Shown here: positions 16,330 to 20,128 of the stretch, piece after piece
Layout: every line of letters starts with the position of its first letter
How positions within the stretch are numbered: position 1 is the stretch's first letter
NCBI GenBank assembly: GCA_043799385.1
Contig: JAZDNV010000014.1
Location: 1 to 20,128, forward strand
Direction: 5' to 3'
Length of the DNA stretch: 20,128 nucleotides
Origin: Candidatus Aenigmatarchaeota archaeon
GTDB lineage: Archaea > Aenigmatarchaeota > Aenigmatarchaeia > GW2011-AR5
Made by a program: the position numbers and the translations under genes
The notes under the pieces: generated by a model
The model's input: the letters and a program-made list of their open reading frames with translations, nothing else
Database searches by the model: none
What the model was told of the DNA's origin: nothing

Positions 16330-16869
16330 TTAAACGTTGACGGAATCTATGCCCATCACTATCATGGAGAACTTGTCTGATGCCAGAACCAGGTCCTTGT
16401 AGCTCGTCCCCTGTATGTATATGATATTGCCCGATAGCATTACTGACGTTTCATTCGCCCCGGTGTTCGGACCCAAAAACCACAGCGATAGCGTCAGGTC
16501 AGGCTTTTCTATCTCGTTCAGTGTCGAATTATACCACACGCCCCCGTCGAAGAAGAATTCGTTAAACCTCATTAATTTTCCTTCGTATGGGAAATACACG
16601 TTTAATTTCGATACTATGTTGTACGCTGAAACGAGAAAATAGGCGTTTTCCTCCTGATTAGAACTGTTGAAAACAAAATTTATAGTATCGATTGAGTATA
16701 CTGCGTTCCTTATGCCAGTGTTGTTTTTCACCTTTATGGATTCCCTTATATCGTAAGAGAACTGGTAGATTGTGTTATGGCCAGGTATCTTAACCTCTTT
16801 TATTTCTTTCTCCTGTACGCAACCTAGAGAGAATAGTATCAGTACAAGAAAAATCCATGCAATTTTCAT
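16330..16869 (-). CDS. Hypothetical lipoprotein
   Basis: MKIAWIFLVLILFSLG|C has a lipobox-like signal. Sequons NNT, NSS, NST, NET. TATA-like TTTTAAAT lies ~25 nt upstream. Confidence 0.7.
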   Translation of the reverse strand: MKIAWIFLVLILFSLGCVQEKEIKEVKIPGHNTIYQFSYDIRESIKVKNNTGIRNAVYSIDTINFVFNSSNQEENAYFLVSAYNIVSKLNVYFPYEGKLMRFNEFFFDGGVWYNSTLNEIEKPDLTLSLWFLGPNTGANETSVMLSGNIIYIQGTSYKDLVLASDKFSMIVMGIDSVNV

Positions 16870-16902
16870 AGCTTTAACTTATTCTGAAAGATTTAAAAAT
16901 AG

Positions 16903-19900
16903 TTAGAACAGGCCTCTCTTTGATTTGCCCTTATGATAATATATTATACCGAGCAATGCTATGAATGCCAGTGCCAGTATTCCTAGTATGGTATAATCCG
17001 TTTTCGGTTTTGTAGTCGGCGTTACTACCTCCTTGGTCTTGCAGTTTGTTGAATCGAACTTGCAATTACTGCACGCAAGCGTTCCTGAATCATATCCAAG
17101 AGCAACGCACGTCTTGCCGGCTAAGTCAGTGCCGTCGCAGTCTTCGCCTGACTCCTTCACGTTATTGCCGCAAACTGCACCTGTTGGTTCTGTCGGTTGA
17201 GTAGGCGCGGTCAATTTGCTGGCTGTAACTGCGAACACAGAAAATCCTGTTGATATTGCTTCAAACTCAATGGTATCGTCGCTCTCACTGAGCTTGGTTG
17301 TCGTTAATTTTTCCCAGTTGCCATTTACGTATCTGTTCAATGAAACTGTGCCTGAATCCAGACCATTGCTAACTAACCATGATTTGCTGACTGTGAATTT
17401 AATCTTCGCGGATTTCACAACGCCTTCAGCCAGGTTATGCGTTATCTCAAGATACTGGTAGACGTTGCCTGAAACATCCTGCGTTACAGACGACGGCTTG
17501 TCCGACAGCTTTGACACAGTCACGTCGACGTTCGTCACCTTGCTGTTGACTTCAACGCTTATCTGCTTGAACACTATATCTGCCTGGTTGATATCAATAT
17601 TGCTTGCAGTGCCAGGGTTAATCACGTCTATCGCATATATGGTCTTTGCTACTGGCACTCCGCCTCCGCCGCCGGTTGATCCTCCGCTTGCAGATGCAGT
17701 GAACGTTAACGTCGTTGAACCGGTATTGTTCATATTATCCGTTGCTGAATATGTTATAGTATAAGTTCCCATGTCGGCTGTATCCGTAAACGAAGTGCCG
17801 CAAGTGGTATTGACATAAGTGCCGCCAGGTTTTCTAACGTTAATTGCTGTGCTTGCGACGCCGCTTGCATCTGATGATTCGCAGCTTATTGTTGTACTAG
17901 AGCCTATTATAACAGACGATGTTGTTACGGCCAGCGTTCTTGTAGGCGCGGTCAGGTCGCTGCTTCCGTTCGGCGCAGGCGCGTTGCCTGAGAAGTGCGG
18001 TATCCACATCCAGAACATGTTGTTCGTTTTGTCAACGTAGCACGTTGCAGATGCATTAGTTTTGCTGCACTGCATCGGAGAGCTCTTGTTTATTAAATTA
18101 ACATAAGTCGCTCCGCTGAAATCTGCGAAATCAGATGGTATCTGTTCTGTCGTATTCACGGTCGCGTTCCAGACGACATTCCAGTCGTTGTCGTATAAGT
18201 ATGATAAACTCATGTTGAAATCACCATAATCATTGTACGTTGAGTCGGAATAAGGTATCCCTGTCAATGCCCTCTGATAGATATCCGGTCCCATTGAACC
18301 GAACTTCCATATCTGCTGCAGTGCAGTGCCAGAAGTCGCGCTCTCTGCTGCTGAGTCCTGATACTCAGCGTCAGGCGGACCAGACGCCAGAAGGTCTACG
18401 TTCTGGTAGTGTATCACAACTCCGTTGGCCTGAACCATACGAATGCTCACTTTTCCTGCTGTCAGCATCTTCAACGGATTGAAATTATCATCGCTCATGT
18501 TGAACAATGAGCAGCCGCCTGCTGAGCGCAGCGCAAGATTCGGGTTAGGCACATCGCACGTTGCGTTCGAGACCAGTGCATATACCTGCACGTCCAACAT
18601 TGTTCCATCCGGTCTTTCCATGCTGAACGGCTTCAACATCATGTTTATCGTCCTGTTTGTCGCAAATAACGAAGCAGGATAGGTTAGCTCTCTCGGCGAA
18701 TAACGATTGCTGTAGATTTTTAATTTTACTCCAGTATAGCCAGCTGGCGTTGCGTTCCATAACGGCAGCATGAACACGCCGGTATTGTTTGCATTCAACA
18801 TCCAGTTCACTGTCATGTTGACGCTGCTGTTAATAGGATATGTTACAATTGCCTCTATGCTTGCCTGACCTGCTGTCTGGTTTGTCGAGCCGTCTATTAG
18901 GTTGAATGTAACTCTGCTCGTATTCACGACGCTTCCTGTCGTGTCAAGTGCCCCGCCTAATTTGTACAGGGTTATGTTGGTTGCATTCGGCCCAGCGGCT
19001 GTTACGCTGATATTCTGCACACCCATATAATAGTTCGTTGAATCATTCACAAACACAGTTATTAGATAGTTTATGTTAGGGCCAAGTACGGGCATGTTGA
19101 ACGTTCCATTGCCAGGATTCGCCGAATAAGGATAGTCAGCGTTTCCCATATCAGTTGGCATTGTCGCGTCCGTAGGAATCATGCCAGCCATCGACAGATA
19201 CGTTACTATTTTTATTGTCCAGTTCGCAGCGCCCGCTCCTTTCTCAGCCACCAGATTAGTGTAATTGAACACACCGCCTGTTGAATTTCTTAAAGTACCA
19301 GATAGGTTGAACAACTCTGTACTCATGTTGAAAGTATACCTGAAAACAAAACGTCCATTGACCGTGAGGTTTTGAGTCAGGTTTACATCTAAAACTGTGA
19401 TAGATTTAGGTGGCGAACCGCCCTGCCCCATACTGAACACTACGACCGAATAGTTTCTTTCCAACGGCACGGTAATTGTTTTTAATGCATAATTCTGGTC
19501 CTGGAACATTTCTATCGGGAATTTCAGAATATTATCGAAAACCATGCCCCTGAACGGTGCATCCTGTTCTCCTGTAATGTTGATTGCATTTATCCTTATG
19601 TTTGCGGCTGGAGCAACATATATTGTTGTGGCGTTCATGAACTGCGTCAGCATCTGAGCTGGAAACGGCGGCAGTATCGGACCAACGTATGTGGCGTTTT
19701 CCATGTCCGTGCCGTTGTAGCCCTTTATCCTTACAGTGAATGGCGCCTGATACGTGGCATCGAGATTATCGACGGTAACATTGCCGTTTGCGTCTGTTGA
19801 TGCATTCCATGTTTCAGCTGCTGCTGGCGCTCCACCTCCTTCTGGCGGTCCTGCCATCTTTGCAACGCTTACCGTTGCATTAGGTACATTACTGAACGTT

Positions 19901-20128
19901 GAATTCTGTATGTTCAAATATAACTGGAACGTAGATGACGTGAAGAATATCGTAGTCTGATTTTGATTGCCGACCGTGTCATTCACAAAGAGCGTTATGT
20001 TGTTCAGGCTGTTCTTGTAATCAGATAGGAACGTTATGGTGCTGTTGCATGTCAGGTTTTTCCTGAAATTGCTGGAATTGACGTACCAGCAGTATGCCAG
20101 TGCGGTATGCGCATCGGCTGCAACATAG
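16903..20128 (-). CDS. Giant cell-surface glycoprotein with PGF-pre-PGF domain, Cys-rich module and C-terminal TM anchor (5' end outside window)
   Basis: The frame is open from 20127 (YVAADAHTALAYCWYVNSS...LFVNDTVGN), so the track start at 19986 is internal. Ig-like xNDxxGN motifs, GGSTGGGGG linker, PGF-pre-PGF-like domain (VYQYLEI...IKFTVSKSW...V.LNRY...WEKL.T...STGFSVFAV), a 6-Cys module, then TM plus basic tail. Confidence 0.85.
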   Translation of the reverse strand, partial: YVAADAHTALAYCWYVNSSNFRKNLTCNSTITFLSDYKNSLNNITLFVNDTVGNQNQTTIFFTSSTFQLYLNIQNSTFSNVPNATVSVAKMAGPPEGGGAPAAAETWNASTDANGNVTVDNLDATYQAPFTVRIKGYNGTDMENATYVGPILPPFPAQMLTQFMNATTIYVAPAANIRINAINITGEQDAPFRGMVFDNILKFPIEMFQDQNYALKTITVPLERNYSVVVFSMGQGGSPPKSITVLDVNLTQNLTVNGRFVFRYTFNMSTELFNLSGTLRNSTGGVFNYTNLVAEKGAGAANWTIKIVTYLSMAGMIPTDATMPTDMGNADYPYSANPGNGTFNMPVLGPNINYLITVFVNDSTNYYMGVQNISVTAAGPNATNITLYKLGGALDTTGSVVNTSRVTFNLIDGSTNQTAGQASIEAIVTYPINSSVNMTVNWMLNANNTGVFMLPLWNATPAGYTGVKLKIYSNRYSPRELTYPASLFATNRTINMMLKPFSMERPDGTMLDVQVYALVSNATCDVPNPNLALRSAGGCSLFNMSDDNFNPLKMLTAGKVSIRMVQANGVVIHYQNVDLLASGPPDAEYQDSAAESATSGTALQQIWKFGSMGPDIYQRALTGIPYSDSTYNDYGDFNMSLSYLYDNDWNVVWNATVNTTEQIPSDFADFSGATYVNLINKSSPMQCSKTNASATCYVDKTNNMFWMWIPHFSGNAPAPNGSSDLTAPTRTLAVTTSSVIIGSSTTISCESSDASGVASTAINVRKPGGTYVNTTCGTSFTDTADMGTYTITYSATDNMNNTGSTTLTFTASASGGSTGGGGGVPVAKTIYAIDVINPGTASNIDINQADIVFKQISVEVNSKVTNVDVTVSKLSDKPSSVTQDVSGNVYQYLEITHNLAEGVVKSAKIKFTVSKSWLVSNGLDSGTVSLNRYVNGNWEKLTTTKLSESDDTIEFEAISTGFSVFAVTASKLTAPTQPTEPTGAVCGNNVKESGEDCDGTDLAGKTCVALGYDSGTLACSNCKFDSTNCKTKEVVTPTTKPKTDYTILGILALAFIALLGIIYYHKGKSKRGLF

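Noticed and set aside
5394..19960. Remaining short alternative-frame and antisense ORFs in the track (e.g. 5712-6107, 6864-7274, 10762-11190, 13215-13616, 15622-16107, 17216-18760)
   Set aside because: All lie within confidently assigned genes and lack motifs or independent start signals.
19984..19986. GTG 19986 as the start of the giant surface protein
   Set aside because: No signal peptide follows, and the frame stays open to the window edge.

Overview
A very compact archaeal chromosomal segment. Gene content (Pth2, DUF63, class III prepilins, PGF-pre-PGF surface protein, archaeal-type POR subunits, TATA-box promoters) suggests a DPANN-type lineage, possibly Aenigmarchaeota-like; this is inference. 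In order it carries: a partial DedA/VTT gene, CDP-alcohol phosphatidyltransferase, HMG-CoA lyase, three tandem type IV pilin-like genes, and an SRP (7S) RNA gene not shown in the ORF track. Next come an M50 site-2 protease, a HerA/DUF87-type ATPase, and a porD-cutA-porA-[40-aa zinc ribbon]-porB-DUF63 operon with no gamma subunit. These are followed by an ~841-aa membrane-anchored surface glycoprotein, pth2 and truD. The window ends with a minus-strand cell-surface cluster: giant PGF-pre-PGF protein, lipoprotein, processive GT2, membrane-anchored CxxC protein and GT-C transferase. No tRNA, rRNA, CRISPR or mobile element was seen. The best leads are an SRP RNA that keeps the Alu domain but lacks helix 6, a possible PNAG/cellulose-like surface polysaccharide system, the interrupted gamma-less POR operon with an unannotated microprotein, and a candidate HFS autoproteolysis site in the giant surface protein.
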